DNA of 64,000 bases from an uncultured Candidatus Rokubacteria bacterium (GCA_963826115.1 CAWGVS010000003.1:128001-192000), one strand, 5' to 3'. Positions 51,202 to 60,674 are shown, numbered from the stretch's first letter. Notes: a model not told the origin generated them from the sequence alone. A program made the numbers and translations.

Positions 51202-51262
51202 GGATTGCCGGATGTTCTGGCTTGATCGGGCATCATCCGAAGGCGGGACAGGGCTCTCGTCG

Positions 51263-51278
51263 TTGCACGGTCCTTGCA
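51263..51278 (+). promoter_or_regulatory. degenerate sigma54-like promoter (CBS-glgP)
   Basis: TTGCAC-GGTCC-TTGCA; GG core altered, but the UAS pair lies at the usual distance. Confidence 0.45.
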
Positions 51279-51333
51279 CGATCTGGTCCTCTTGGTCCTA
51301 CTGACAGCCTGCACACCCAAGAGGAGATCGACG

Positions 51334-51762
51334 ATGATCGGACAGATCTGCAGCAAGCCTCCAGTCACCGCCTCGCTCGACACCACGGTTCGGGAAGCCG
51401 CCCATCGGATGTGGAGCCGGAAGGTCGGCGCCCTCGTGGTCGTCAACGGTCGCGGCAAGCCGATCGGCGTCGTGACGGATCGAGACATCGCGGTGAAGGT
51501 CGTCGCCCAAGGGGGTGACCCGGCTTTGGTCCGGGTGGGCTCGCTGATCACGCGGAAGCCCGCCGTGATTCACGAGCGCGCCGGAATCCTCGACGCCACC
51601 AAGCTCCTGAGCCGCCGAGGGGTTCGACGCCTGCCGGTGGTGAGCCAGTCAGGCAAGCTGGTCGGCATCATCTCCCTCGATGACCTGTTGATGCTGATCG
51701 GCAGCGAGCTGAGCCACATCGCCTCCACCCTGGCGAGCGAGCTCGGACGCAGCCGGATCTGA
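51334..51762 (+). CDS. CBS domain protein (Hrp1-like)
   Basis: VGALVVV..GVVTDRDI, RRLPVV..GIISLDD; GAGGAG RBS. Confidence 0.92.
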   Translation: MIGQICSKPPVTASLDTTVREAAHRMWSRKVGALVVVNGRGKPIGVVTDRDIAVKVVAQGGDPALVRVGSLITRKPAVIHERAGILDATKLLSRRGVRRLPVVSQSGKLVGIISLDDLLMLIGSELSHIASTLASELGRSRI

Positions 51763-51813
51763 CGCCTCCCCGGAGCCCCTGCCGGAGCGAGTGGAGAGGG
51801 ACCGCAGGCTCTC

Positions 51814-53523
51814 ATGACAGCTGAAGGGATGATCGCCTATTTCTCCATGGAGATCGCCCTCGACAACCGCATCCCCACGTACAGCGGTGGTCTCGGTGTG
51901 CTGGCCGGGGATACGCTCCGGGCCGCCGCCGATCTCGAGGTGCCGATGGTCGGCGTGACCCTCCTCCACCGCCAGGGGCACTTCACTCAGCGCCTCGACG
52001 CGGATGGCACGCAGCACGAAGAACTGGTCACCTGGTCCGTGGCCGATCGGCTCGAGCCCAGGGAGGGGGTGTGTTCCGTCGAAGTCGAAGGACGTGATGT
52101 CATGGTGCGAGCGTGGCGCTACCTCATCCGCGGGGTGACGGGAGCCACGGTACCGGTGTTCCTCCTCGACACCGACATCCCCGGCAACGATCCGCTCGAT
52201 CGACGCCTGACTGACCGGCTCTATGGCGGCGATGCTCACTACCGGCTCTGCCAGGAGCTGATCCTGGGGGCGGGCGGGGTCCGGATGCTCCGGGCGCTCG
52301 GCTACTCGCGCGTCTCGAGATACCACATGAACGAGGGCCACGCGGCGCTGCTCGCCCTCGAGCTTCTGGCCGAGGAAGAGGCGCACACCGGCGAACCGCC
52401 CCACGAGGCAATCGACCGGGTGAAGCAACGATGCGTGTTCACGACGCACACGCCCGTGCCGGCCGGACACGACCAGTTCGAGCTGCCTCTGGCACGAGCG
52501 GTGCTCGGCCCGTCCCGGATTCAGGTTCTGCAGACGCTCAAGTGCTGCGACACCGTGCTGAATCTCACGCTGGTCGCCCTCGAGCTCTCTCACTACGTCA
52601 ACGGGGTGACGCGGCGCCACGGCGAGGTGTCGCGGTCGATGTTTCCCGGTTATCCGATCGGGTCGATCACGAACGGGGTGCACTCGACGACCTGGACCGC
52701 TCCACCCTTCGCCGCCCTGTACGATCGCTACATCCCGGACTGGCGGCGTGACAGCTTCGCCCTGCGCTACGCGCTGGGGATCCCCGTGGCCGCCATCCAG
52801 AGCGCCCATCGGGCGGCGAAGGAGCAGCTGGTCCGGACCGTGAACGAGCGGACTTCCGTGCCTCTCGATCCCGAGCGCTTCACCCTGGGGTTCGCGCGCC
52901 GAACCACCGCCTACAAGCGGCCCACGCTCTTGCTTCGCGACCCCGGCCGCCTTCGCCGACTCGCCGCCGCCCGCGGCCCGTTGCAGGTGGTCTTCGCCGG
53001 CAAGGCGCATCCGCAGGACGTCGAGGGTAAGCGCTTGATCCAGGAGATCGTCAGCCGTGGAATCCAGCTCGCGCCCGACATTCGGATCGCGTATCTGCCC
53101 GACTACGACCTCGACCTCGCCCGGCAAGTCACAGCAGGAGTCGACCTCTGGCTGAACACGCCGAGACCTCCCTTGGAGGCCTCGGGAACCAGCGGCATGA
53201 AGGCCGCCCACAACGGCGTCCCGAGTCTCAGCGTCCTCGACGGCTGGTGGCTCGACGGTCATGTCGAAGGGGTCACCGGGTGGTCGATCGGGCGCCGGGA
53301 CGGGGGAACCTCCGAGGCCGCCGACGACGACGACGCGCGACATCTCTACGAGACGCTCGAGCAGACGATCCTGCCGCTCCACGCCGACCGGCCCGCGAGC
53401 TGGGCCGAGGTGATGCGGCTGACCATCGCGCTCAACGCCTCGTTCTTCAATGCCCATCGGATGCTCCAGGAGTACGTCATCCACGCCTACCAGGACCAGA
53501 ATCACGCGGGCCCCGCCCCGTGA
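51814..53523 (+). CDS. glgP: alpha-glucan (glycogen) phosphorylase
   Basis: YFSME, YSGGLGVLAGD, HMNEGH, FTTHTP, EASGTSGMK. Confidence 0.95.
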   Translation: MTAEGMIAYFSMEIALDNRIPTYSGGLGVLAGDTLRAAADLEVPMVGVTLLHRQGHFTQRLDADGTQHEELVTWSVADRLEPREGVCSVEVEGRDVMVRAWRYLIRGVTGATVPVFLLDTDIPGNDPLDRRLTDRLYGGDAHYRLCQELILGAGGVRMLRALGYSRVSRYHMNEGHAALLALELLAEEEAHTGEPPHEAIDRVKQRCVFTTHTPVPAGHDQFELPLARAVLGPSRIQVLQTLKCCDTVLNLTLVALELSHYVNGVTRRHGEVSRSMFPGYPIGSITNGVHSTTWTAPPFAALYDRYIPDWRRDSFALRYALGIPVAAIQSAHRAAKEQLVRTVNERTSVPLDPERFTLGFARRTTAYKRPTLLLRDPGRLRRLAAARGPLQVVFAGKAHPQDVEGKRLIQEIVSRGIQLAPDIRIAYLPDYDLDLARQVTAGVDLWLNTPRPPLEASGTSGMKAAHNGVPSLSVLDGWWLDGHVEGVTGWSIGRRDGGTSEAADDDDARHLYETLEQTILPLHADRPASWAEVMRLTIALNASFFNAHRMLQEYVIHAYQDQNHAGPAP

Positions 53524-53542
53524 AGCCGGTCTGACACGGGCT

Positions 53543-53935
53543 CTACCGAGCCGAGCCGTCGGTCGATCCGGGCGTTTCGTCCCTCAGAAGACGCTCCACA
53601 GCCTGCCGGAAAGCGGCGTTCGCGAACGGCTTCGCAAGGAACGTGTCGACCCCGATCTTCTTCGCGGCATCCCTCGTGCTGACGGAATCGTCGGCGCTGA
53701 TGAGGAGCACCGGGATCGGCGGGACGCGGGTACGCGCATGCCGTGCCACCACGAGTCCATCAGGTCCAGGCAACCGCAGATCCGTCACGACGAGGTCGGG
53801 AGCCTCCCGGTCGATGACGGCGATCGCACCCGCGGCCGTGCTCGCGCTCAGAGGGACGTGCCCGAGCGGCCGGAGGAGTCGCTGGCAGTTCGTCACCAGG
53901 TCCGGCTCGTCGTCCACGACCAAGATGGTTGCCAA
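53543..53935 (-). CDS. single-domain response regulator
   Basis: ILVVDDE, TDLRLP phosphoacceptor, LAKPF; likely TTG start after GAGG. Confidence 0.9.
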   Translation of the reverse strand: MATILVVDDEPDLVTNCQRLLRPLGHVPLSASTAAGAIAVIDREAPDLVVTDLRLPGPDGLVVARHARTRVPPIPVLLISADDSVSTRDAAKKIGVDTFLAKPFANAAFRQAVERLLRDETPGSTDGSAR

Positions 53936-53959
53936 GATGTGATGCCTCACTGAACGGAA

Positions 53960-53975
53960 CGCAATCGAGGTGCCA
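53960..53975 (-). promoter_or_regulatory. sigma54 promoter of the receiver gene
   Basis: Minus strand TGGCAC-CTCGA-TTGCG. Confidence 0.8.
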
Positions 53976-54035
53976 ATCGTCGTGGGTGCGATTCAGCTCT
54001 CCACGCCCCGCCCGCCAATCCCGGACCCCGCGGGA

Positions 54036-54053
54036 TGGGGCATCATCGGCCCG
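54036..54053. promoter_or_regulatory. candidate UAS
   Basis: TGGGGC-ATCATC-GGCCCG, 78 bp from the minus-strand promoter. Confidence 0.55.
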
Positions 54054-54146
54054 ATCGAGGCGCGCGGGCCACAGAGGCGCGCAGGGAGCCGCGACCGGCG
54101 ATCCGGACTTGACGCGGCCCTGGCCACCCGGAAGAATGGCATCGGA

Positions 54147-55853
54147 ATGGCGGACGGCAAGCCGAGGGCACGGGAAGCGTCCAGTCCGGCCGGGCGCCAA
54201 CGGCGCGGGAGCGGAGGAACTCACTCCGGCGCGCTCCCGGAAGGGGCATCCCGCAACCCCTCGGCGCTGGCCGATGCCGCTCTGGAGAACTCCCCTCTCG
54301 GCATCGTCATTGTCGACCACACCGGACGGATCGTGCGGGCCAACAGTCGTCTGGACGACATGTTCGGGTACGCACGGGGCGAGCTCGCCGGCGTGGTGCT
54401 GGAGACCCTCCTGCCCGAGCGCTTCCGCCCCAGCCACGTGCGGCACCGCGCAGGCTTTTTCAGCGACCCCCGGGTCCGCCCCATGGGACTCGGCCTCGAC
54501 CTCATGGCCCGTCGCAAGGACGGTGGTGAGTTCCCCGTCGAGATCAGCCTGAGCTTCATCGAGGCGGAGGAAGGTCTCCTCGCCCTCGGCTTCGTCACCG
54601 ACATCACGCCGCGCAGGAACGCGGAGCGGCGACTCCACGCGGAATTCCTGGTGACGCGCGTGTTTACGGAGCCTTACGGAGCGAAGGATCTCCCCACGAG
54701 CCTACTCCAGGCGCTGTGCGAGAGCCTCGACTGGGAGCTGGGCGAGCTCTGGCGCCCAGACGGCGAGGTGCTGCGATACGAGGTCGGATGGCATCGACCC
54801 GAGCTCGACACGAGTGAGTTCGACGCCTTCAGCCGCGAAGTCGTCTTGCCACGCGGAACTGGGCTGGCCGGCAGGGCCTGGGAGACGGAGCGCACACTCT
54901 GGATGGGGATCGACCGGGGTGCGAATCCCCGGTCCGCGGTTGCGGCGAAGATCGGGCTCAGGTCCGGCTACGCGGTCCCGATCGTCGGGGGCAGCGCAGT
55001 GACCGCCGTCGTGGTGCTCCTCAGCCGGGAGCCGCGTGAGCTGGACGAAGCGCTCCTCGCCATGCTGACCGACATCGGCAGCCGGATCGGCCAGTATCTC
55101 GATCACCGGCGCGTCGAGGTGGAGCTCCGGCACCAGCGCGAGGTGCTCTATCAGACCGAGAAGCTCAGCGCCCTCGGCCGTCTCGTGGCCGGGGTCGCCC
55201 ACGAGATGAACAACCCCCTGGGCATCATTTCGTCACGGATCGAGCTGATGCTGGGCGAGGCGGAGGGCCAGGCCTTCCCGGCCCAGCATCTCGAGGACTT
55301 GAAGGTGATCCACCGCAACGTGCTGCGCGTGGCGGGGGTCGCCCAGGCCCTCCGGTCGTTCGCCCGCCAGTCCACGGGAGAGCGGCGCCCGGTCGACCTG
55401 AACGCGGTGGTCGCGGAGACGCTCCTCCTCGTGGGAAAGCCGCTGAGCACGGACAACATCCGCGTCGTGACGGGGCTCGACCAGACCCTCCCGTCCATCC
55501 TCGGCGACGCGAACGCGCTCCAGCAGGTCTTGCTGAACCTTCTCGCGAACGCGCGTGAGGCCATGACGGGTGAAGGCGAGATTCGCATCCAGTCCGGGCG
55601 CGACCCGGCACGGAGCGGGCGGGTCCGTCTCGTCGTGACGGATACCGGACCCGGGATCCCGGCGGCGCACCTCCCCCACCTGTTCGAGCCGTTCTACACG
55701 ACGAAGCCCTCCGGAACCGGGCTCGGGCTCGCGGTGAGCTACGGGATCGTCCAGAACCACCTCGGCACGATCGACGTCCACTCCATCCCAGGCCAGGGTG
55801 CGACCTTCACCCTGAGCTTCCCAACCCTGGACGATGCCGCGGGGTCCGCGTGA
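54147..55853 (+). CDS. cytoplasmic PAS-GAF sensor histidine kinase
   Basis: PAS (LLPERFRPSH...RKDGGEFPVEISLS), GAF (GLAGRAW), H-box AHEMNNPL, N/G1/F/G2 boxes; no TM helix; start uncertain. Confidence 0.93.
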   Translation: MADGKPRAREASSPAGRQRRGSGGTHSGALPEGASRNPSALADAALENSPLGIVIVDHTGRIVRANSRLDDMFGYARGELAGVVLETLLPERFRPSHVRHRAGFFSDPRVRPMGLGLDLMARRKDGGEFPVEISLSFIEAEEGLLALGFVTDITPRRNAERRLHAEFLVTRVFTEPYGAKDLPTSLLQALCESLDWELGELWRPDGEVLRYEVGWHRPELDTSEFDAFSREVVLPRGTGLAGRAWETERTLWMGIDRGANPRSAVAAKIGLRSGYAVPIVGGSAVTAVVVLLSREPRELDEALLAMLTDIGSRIGQYLDHRRVEVELRHQREVLYQTEKLSALGRLVAGVAHEMNNPLGIISSRIELMLGEAEGQAFPAQHLEDLKVIHRNVLRVAGVAQALRSFARQSTGERRPVDLNAVVAETLLLVGKPLSTDNIRVVTGLDQTLPSILGDANALQQVLLNLLANAREAMTGEGEIRIQSGRDPARSGRVRLVVTDTGPGIPAAHLPHLFEPFYTTKPSGTGLGLAVSYGIVQNHLGTIDVHSIPGQGATFTLSFPTLDDAAGSA

Positions 55854-55889
55854 CATGCCTCGTGCGGCCGCGCCGGAGCCACGGCGCAG

Positions 55890-56438
55890 TCAGAGCTTCA
55901 GCGGCGGGATCGAGCCGTGGCCCGGCGCCGTCAGTTGGGGGGGCCCGGGCGGTGCCAGGAGCAACGAGAGCACGCCCGACTCCAGGTTCCGGTCCACGAT
56001 CGTCGTGACGCGCCGGATCAGCTTCAGCATCCGCACGTTGTCCCCCAGGACGTAGGCCCGGAGACGGTCAATTCCCTTTCCCTTCGCATAGTCGACCAGC
56101 TCCCCGAGCAGCAGCGTCCCGAGACCCCGGCCCTGCCACCGATCCTCGATGACGATGGCGATCTCGGCCTCCCGGGCCCGCTCGTCGTAGATGTAGCGCG
56201 CGACCCCGATCAGGTCGCCCTCCGGGCCGATAGCGGCGATCGCCATCCGTCGATCGTAGTCGACGTTGGCCAGGATGTGCGCCCAGTTCGGCGGCAGCCG
56301 GCGCGTCACCGTGAAGAATCGCTGGTAGGCGGTCTGCGGGCTCAGTCGCTCGTAGAGGGCCGTCAGCGCGGGCTCGTCCCCGGGATGGATCGGCCGCAGG
56401 GCGACCTCGGTGCCATCCGCCAGCGTGACGGCTTTCAT
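55890..56438 (-). CDS. GNAT N-acetyltransferase (Pat/Pka GNAT-domain-like)
   Basis: TLADGTEVALRPI, RLSPQTAYQRF, EAEIAIVIEDRWQGRGLG, N..ML. Confidence 0.88.
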   Translation of the reverse strand: MKAVTLADGTEVALRPIHPGDEPALTALYERLSPQTAYQRFFTVTRRLPPNWAHILANVDYDRRMAIAAIGPEGDLIGVARYIYDERAREAEIAIVIEDRWQGRGLGTLLLGELVDYAKGKGIDRLRAYVLGDNVRMLKLIRRVTTIVDRNLESGVLSLLLAPPGPPQLTAPGHGSIPPLKL

Positions 56439-56475
56439 GGGGCAGGAGCGCCCCACCGACCCGGTCAATGCCCCA
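56438..56475. promoter_or_regulatory. candidate UAS overlapping the GNAT start
   Basis: Perfect TGGGGC-AGGAGC-GCCCCA at 56438 (91 bp before the promoter) and a second GCCCCA half-site 20 bp on. Confidence 0.65.
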
Positions 56476-56528
56476 CTGTCGGCCTGAGAGCCCGCGCATA
56501 TCCCACGATCCGGCAGGCTTTTCTCTTC

Positions 56529-56544
56529 TGGCATCGCAGTTGCT
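56529..56544 (+). promoter_or_regulatory. sigma54 promoter (aeRF1-like operon)
   Basis: TGGCAT-CGCAG-TTGCT after a T-rich tract. Confidence 0.82.
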
Positions 56545-56579
56545 CCGTGATTGACCGACTAGACCACCAAGAGGCGGGG

Positions 56580-56702
56580 ATGAGCAGGCCATGCACGCAC
56601 TCGACGGATTTCTCGACGATGAAGAAGGTGGGGCAAGGCTCTTCATCGCCATGCGTGGCCGGACTCCCCGACCATCTCGTCGACCACGGCGCCAGCACAT
56701 GA
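56580..56702 (+). pseudogene. collapsed USP remnant
   Basis: MSRPCTHSTDFS...GQG...VAGLPDHLVD echoes IIHSTDFS...GQG...VTGVPHREIVE of the USP at 48116. Confidence 0.4.
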
Positions 56703-56740
56703 ATGACGCCTGTCCCCTTGCCAGCCAATAGGGCCCCAGG

Positions 56741-57874
56741 GTGGCCCATGCCATGACGCTTGCCGAACAAATCGCACGCTTGTCGAAGCTGGAACAGACC
56801 GGTGCACCGGTGGTGAGCGCTTACCTGAACACGCAATGGACGGACGAGCACCAGCGCGAGCGGACGCGGCTCTTCGTCAAGGGCGAAATCCGCCGCGCGC
56901 GGGCGACAGGTCTGGCTGGCCTGGCGAAGGCCCTCGACTGGATCGAGGCGCAAGCGGAGGCGATCCTCAGCCCGAGCCACGCCAAGGCCCACGGCGTCGC
57001 GCTCTTCGCCTGCCCCGACGTCGGCCTCCGGGAGATGATCTCGGTTCGGGCGCCCCTGGAGAACATGGTCGTCGTGGGCGATCGGCCTTTCCTCGGCCCG
57101 CTCGCCGCCGCGCTGGCGGAAGCTCCTCCCCTGCTGGTGGTGTTCGTCGACGAGGAGAGCGCGCGACTGATCCCCGTTCTCGATGCCGGACCTGGCGAGG
57201 AGATTCACCTGAACAGCGAGGTGCCCGGCCATCACCGGCGTGGCGGCTGGGCGCAGCTCGCCCTGGGCCACTATCAGCGCCACATCGAGGAGCGCCGCGG
57301 CCGGCATCTCGAGGCGGTGGCGGAAGCGCTCGGCCGAGTCGTGGAGGAGCACCATATTGAGCGGATCGTGATCGGCGGGACCAGCGACAGCACGGCGGCC
57401 CTTCGCCGAGCGCTGCCCGCGGCGGTCACCGCGAGGGTCGCGGGGGTCGTGTCCGGGCGTCGACATGAGCCGGCAAGCGAGCTCGTCGCCCGGGCCGTTG
57501 AGCTGATCGGCCGCGTCAACACCGAGGAGGTCGCGGCTGCCGTCGATGGGCTCCTGACCCAGGCGGCCAAGGGTGGCCATGCTGCGGCGAGTCTCGAGGG
57601 CGTGCTGGAAGCCGTGCAGCGCGGGGCCGTCGATCGGCTCTATCTCCTGCGGACCTTCCGGGAGCGCGGGCGAGCGTGCACCACATGCCCCGCCCTCCAG
57701 CCGGGAGACGTGGCGACATGCCGGATATGCGGCCAGGCTTCGATCGCGGTCGAGCTCGACGAGGCAATGGTGAGCCGGACGATCGCGGCGGGCGGAGGCG
57801 CCACGATGGTCGACGCCCACGCCGCGCTGGGGGCGGTCGGTGGCGTCGCCGCTCGATTGCGCTTCGTCTCGTAG
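56741..57874 (+). CDS. bacterial aeRF1-superfamily protein with C-terminal Zn ribbon
   Basis: PVVSAYL, GVALFA, HRRGGWAQ loop, CTTC/CRIC, terminal GGVAARLRF. Confidence 0.85.
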   Translation: MAHAMTLAEQIARLSKLEQTGAPVVSAYLNTQWTDEHQRERTRLFVKGEIRRARATGLAGLAKALDWIEAQAEAILSPSHAKAHGVALFACPDVGLREMISVRAPLENMVVVGDRPFLGPLAAALAEAPPLLVVFVDEESARLIPVLDAGPGEEIHLNSEVPGHHRRGGWAQLALGHYQRHIEERRGRHLEAVAEALGRVVEEHHIERIVIGGTSDSTAALRRALPAAVTARVAGVVSGRRHEPASELVARAVELIGRVNTEEVAAAVDGLLTQAAKGGHAAASLEGVLEAVQRGAVDRLYLLRTFRERGRACTTCPALQPGDVATCRICGQASIAVELDEAMVSRTIAAGGGATMVDAHAALGAVGGVAARLRFVS

Positions 57875-57883
57875 CGGTAGCCC

Positions 57884-59194
57884 GTGCGGTCTCCCGTTCG
57901 TGTCCTGATTCTGGGAGCCGCGGGTCGAGACTTCCATAACTTCAACGTTGTCTACCGGGACGACCCGGCGACGGAGGTCGTGGCGTTCACGGCGGCCCAG
58001 ATCCCGGGCATCTCGGGTCGCCGATACCCGCCGAAGTTGGCCGGGCCGCGCTATCCGGCCGGTATTCCGATCGAGCCGGAAGAGGCCCTCGACAGGCTGG
58101 TCCGCGAGCATACCGTCGACCTCGTGGTGCTTGCTTACAGCGATCTCAGCCACGAGCAGGTCATGCACCTCGCGAGCCGCGCGCTGGCGGCCGGTGCCGA
58201 CTTCGCCCTCCTGGGGCCGCGGAGGACCATGCTCCGCTCCGCGCGGCCGGTCGTCGCCGTCACGGCCGTCCGGACCGGTTGCGGGAAGGGAGCCGTGAGT
58301 CGACGGGTCGTGGACATCCTCCGGGGGCGGGGGCGGCGGGTCGCGGTCGTGCGGCACCCGATGCCTTACGGCGATCTCGGAGCCCAGCGGGTCCAGCGCT
58401 TCGCCACGCTCGCCGATCTCGACCGAGCCGAGGTGACGCTGGAGGAGCGTGAAGAGTACGAGCCGCACCTGGAGAAGGGGGTGGTGGTGTGGGCCGGCGT
58501 CGACTACGCGGCGATCCTGGCGCGCGTGGAGGCCGAGACGGACGTCATCGTCTGGGACGGCGGGAACAACGATCTGCCCTTCTTCACCCCCACGATCCAC
58601 ATGTGTCTGGTCGATCCGCACCGCTCCGGGCATGAGTCGCGTTTCCATCCCGGGGAGACGAATCTCCGGCTTGCGGATGTCGTGATCGTCGTCAAGGAAG
58701 ACACGGCGGACCCCGTCCAGATCGAGGCGGTCAGAGTGGCGGCTCGGTCCCTCAATCCGCGCGCCCGGCTCGTCGACACACGGTTCCCCCTCCGGGTCGA
58801 GGCACCCGAGCGCCTCCAGGGCCGCCGGGTGCTCGCCGTCGACGACGGCCCCACCCTGACGCACGGCGGCCTGCCGGCGGGGGCGGCCGAGCTGGCGGCC
58901 CGACGATTCGGCGCGATCCTGGTCGATCCCCGCCCGTACGCTCGGGGCAGCATCCAGCGAGTGTTCGACGACTACCCGATGCTCGGAGCCGTTCTCCCCG
59001 CCGTCGGCTACGGTGCCCAGCAAATGGCGGAGCTTCGCGCCACGATCGACGCGGTGCCATGCGATTTCGTCCTCCTGGGGACGCCGATCGATCTCGGCCG
59101 CGCGCTGGCGCTGCGCCATCCTGTGATCCGGGTGCGCTACGAGGTCGAGGAGGTCGGACGCCCGACCCTTGACGAGGTCCTCGGAGACCTCTAG
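57884..59194 (+). CDS. COG2403 P-loop protein (cDPG-synthetase-like / ArcE arginine-synthetase-like)
   Basis: GAAGRDFHNFN, FTAAQIP, RTGCGK, RHPMPYG, EEREEYE, WDGGNND, DGPTLTHG. Confidence 0.85.
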   Translation: MRSPVRVLILGAAGRDFHNFNVVYRDDPATEVVAFTAAQIPGISGRRYPPKLAGPRYPAGIPIEPEEALDRLVREHTVDLVVLAYSDLSHEQVMHLASRALAAGADFALLGPRRTMLRSARPVVAVTAVRTGCGKGAVSRRVVDILRGRGRRVAVVRHPMPYGDLGAQRVQRFATLADLDRAEVTLEEREEYEPHLEKGVVVWAGVDYAAILARVEAETDVIVWDGGNNDLPFFTPTIHMCLVDPHRSGHESRFHPGETNLRLADVVIVVKEDTADPVQIEAVRVAARSLNPRARLVDTRFPLRVEAPERLQGRRVLAVDDGPTLTHGGLPAGAAELAARRFGAILVDPRPYARGSIQRVFDDYPMLGAVLPAVGYGAQQMAELRATIDAVPCDFVLLGTPIDLGRALALRHPVIRVRYEVEEVGRPTLDEVLGDL

Positions 59195-59222
59195 TAGTCG
59201 CCGGGTGCCCGCGGGCCTCCGA

Positions 59223-60605
59223 TCAGGCCTTGATGCCGTGCTTGGTCAGCAAGCGATGAAGCGTCTTCCGGTCGATGCCGGCCGACTTCGCGGCCTGCGA
59301 GATGTTGCCCCCGTGTCGTCGGAGCAGGTCGGTCAGGTACCCCTGCGCGAAGGTATGCAGCCAGGCCTCGCGAGCCTGGGCGAGAGGCAGGTTCGTGCCC
59401 GGAATCGCCGGGCCCGGGCGACCTCTCCCGCGAATGTGGTCCGGGAGATCCCGGACCCGGATCATCGGCCCGTCCGTGAGCGCGCAGGCGCGCTCGATCA
59501 CATTCTGGAGCTCGCGGACATTGCCCGGCCAGGCGTGGGCCTCGAGGCGCGCGAGCGCCTCCGTCTCGATTCCCTCGAGCGGCCGCTCGCGGTTCCGCCC
59601 GTAGCGGCGCAGGAAATGGTGCGCCAGAAGGCCCACGTCACCTGCCCGCTCGCGCAGAGGTGGCAACATGATCGTGATCACATTGACCCGGTAGAAGAGA
59701 TCGTCGCGAAACTCGCCCTTCCGGACGAGCTCCGCAGTGTCGCGGTTGGTCGCGGACACGAGCCGAATGTCCACATTCACGAACTTGATCCCGCCGACGC
59801 GGCGGATCTGCCGCTCCTGGAGCGCCCGGAGAAGCTTCGACTGGAGCGCCTTGGGCAGCTCGCCGATCTCGTCGAGAAAGAGCGTGCCCCGATCGGCGAC
59901 CTCGATCATCCCCGGCTTGCTGCGGTCCGCACCGGTGAACGCGCCACGCTCGTGACCGAACAGCTCGGATTCGAGCAGGGCATCGGGCAGCGCGGCGCAG
60001 TCCACGGGAACGAACACCTCGGCGGCCCGCGCGCTCTGGGCATGGATCGCCCGGGCAATCAGCTCTTTCCCGGTCCCCGACTCGCCCTGGATCAGGATGT
60101 TGGCCTCGGATCGGGCCGCCTTCTGGACGAGCTCGAACACCGCCGTCATGACCGGGCTCTTGCCAATGACATTGTCGAACCCCGCGCGTGGCGCGAGCGG
60201 CTGGCGAAGCCGGCGATTCTCTTCGATCAGACGGCGCCGCTCGGCTGCGCGCTCGACGGCGATGCGGAGCACGTCATTGGACGGTAGTGGCTTCAACAGA
60301 TAGTCGAACGCCCCTGCCCGCATGGCGTCGACGGCAGACTCCACCGTCCCGTGCCCCGTAATCATGATCACCACGACGTCGGGATCGAGCTCGAGGGCGC
60401 GAGCGAGCACCTGCATCCCGTCGACCCGCGGCATCTTGAGATCGGTGAGAACGACGTCCGGGCACTCGCTCTCGAGGAGCGCCATCGCCCGCTCCCCGTC
60501 GGTCGCCGTGATGCAAGGATAGTCCTCACGGCCGAGGAGCCTTGCCCAGTTGGCGACGACGTCCGGCTCGTCGTCCACGATCAGTACTCGTGGCTTCGTG
60601 CTCAT
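59223..60605 (-). CDS. NtrC-family sigma54-dependent response regulator (bEBP)
   Basis: Receiver (VDDE, TDLKMP, LKP), Walker A GESGTGKE, intact GAFTGA, LFLDEIG, WPGNVREL, Fis-type HTH. Confidence 0.96.
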   Translation of the reverse strand: MSTKPRVLIVDDEPDVVANWARLLGREDYPCITATDGERAMALLESECPDVVLTDLKMPRVDGMQVLARALELDPDVVVIMITGHGTVESAVDAMRAGAFDYLLKPLPSNDVLRIAVERAAERRRLIEENRRLRQPLAPRAGFDNVIGKSPVMTAVFELVQKAARSEANILIQGESGTGKELIARAIHAQSARAAEVFVPVDCAALPDALLESELFGHERGAFTGADRSKPGMIEVADRGTLFLDEIGELPKALQSKLLRALQERQIRRVGGIKFVNVDIRLVSATNRDTAELVRKGEFRDDLFYRVNVITIMLPPLRERAGDVGLLAHHFLRRYGRNRERPLEGIETEALARLEAHAWPGNVRELQNVIERACALTDGPMIRVRDLPDHIRGRGRPGPAIPGTNLPLAQAREAWLHTFAQGYLTDLLRRHGGNISQAAKSAGIDRKTLHRLLTKHGIKA

Positions 60606-60674
60606 GGCGCGCCCACGAGGGATCAGGGTAGCACGGCACGGCCAAAACTGGCCGCGCCGCACGTCGGCGGGCCG

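Noticed and set aside
1168-59119. Many long antisense or alternate-frame ORFs (e.g. 1168..3036-, 8741..11014+, 32593..35475-, 56465..59119-)
   Set aside because: They shadow well-supported genes, are Arg/Gly/Pro-rich with no motifs, and are expected in high-GC DNA.
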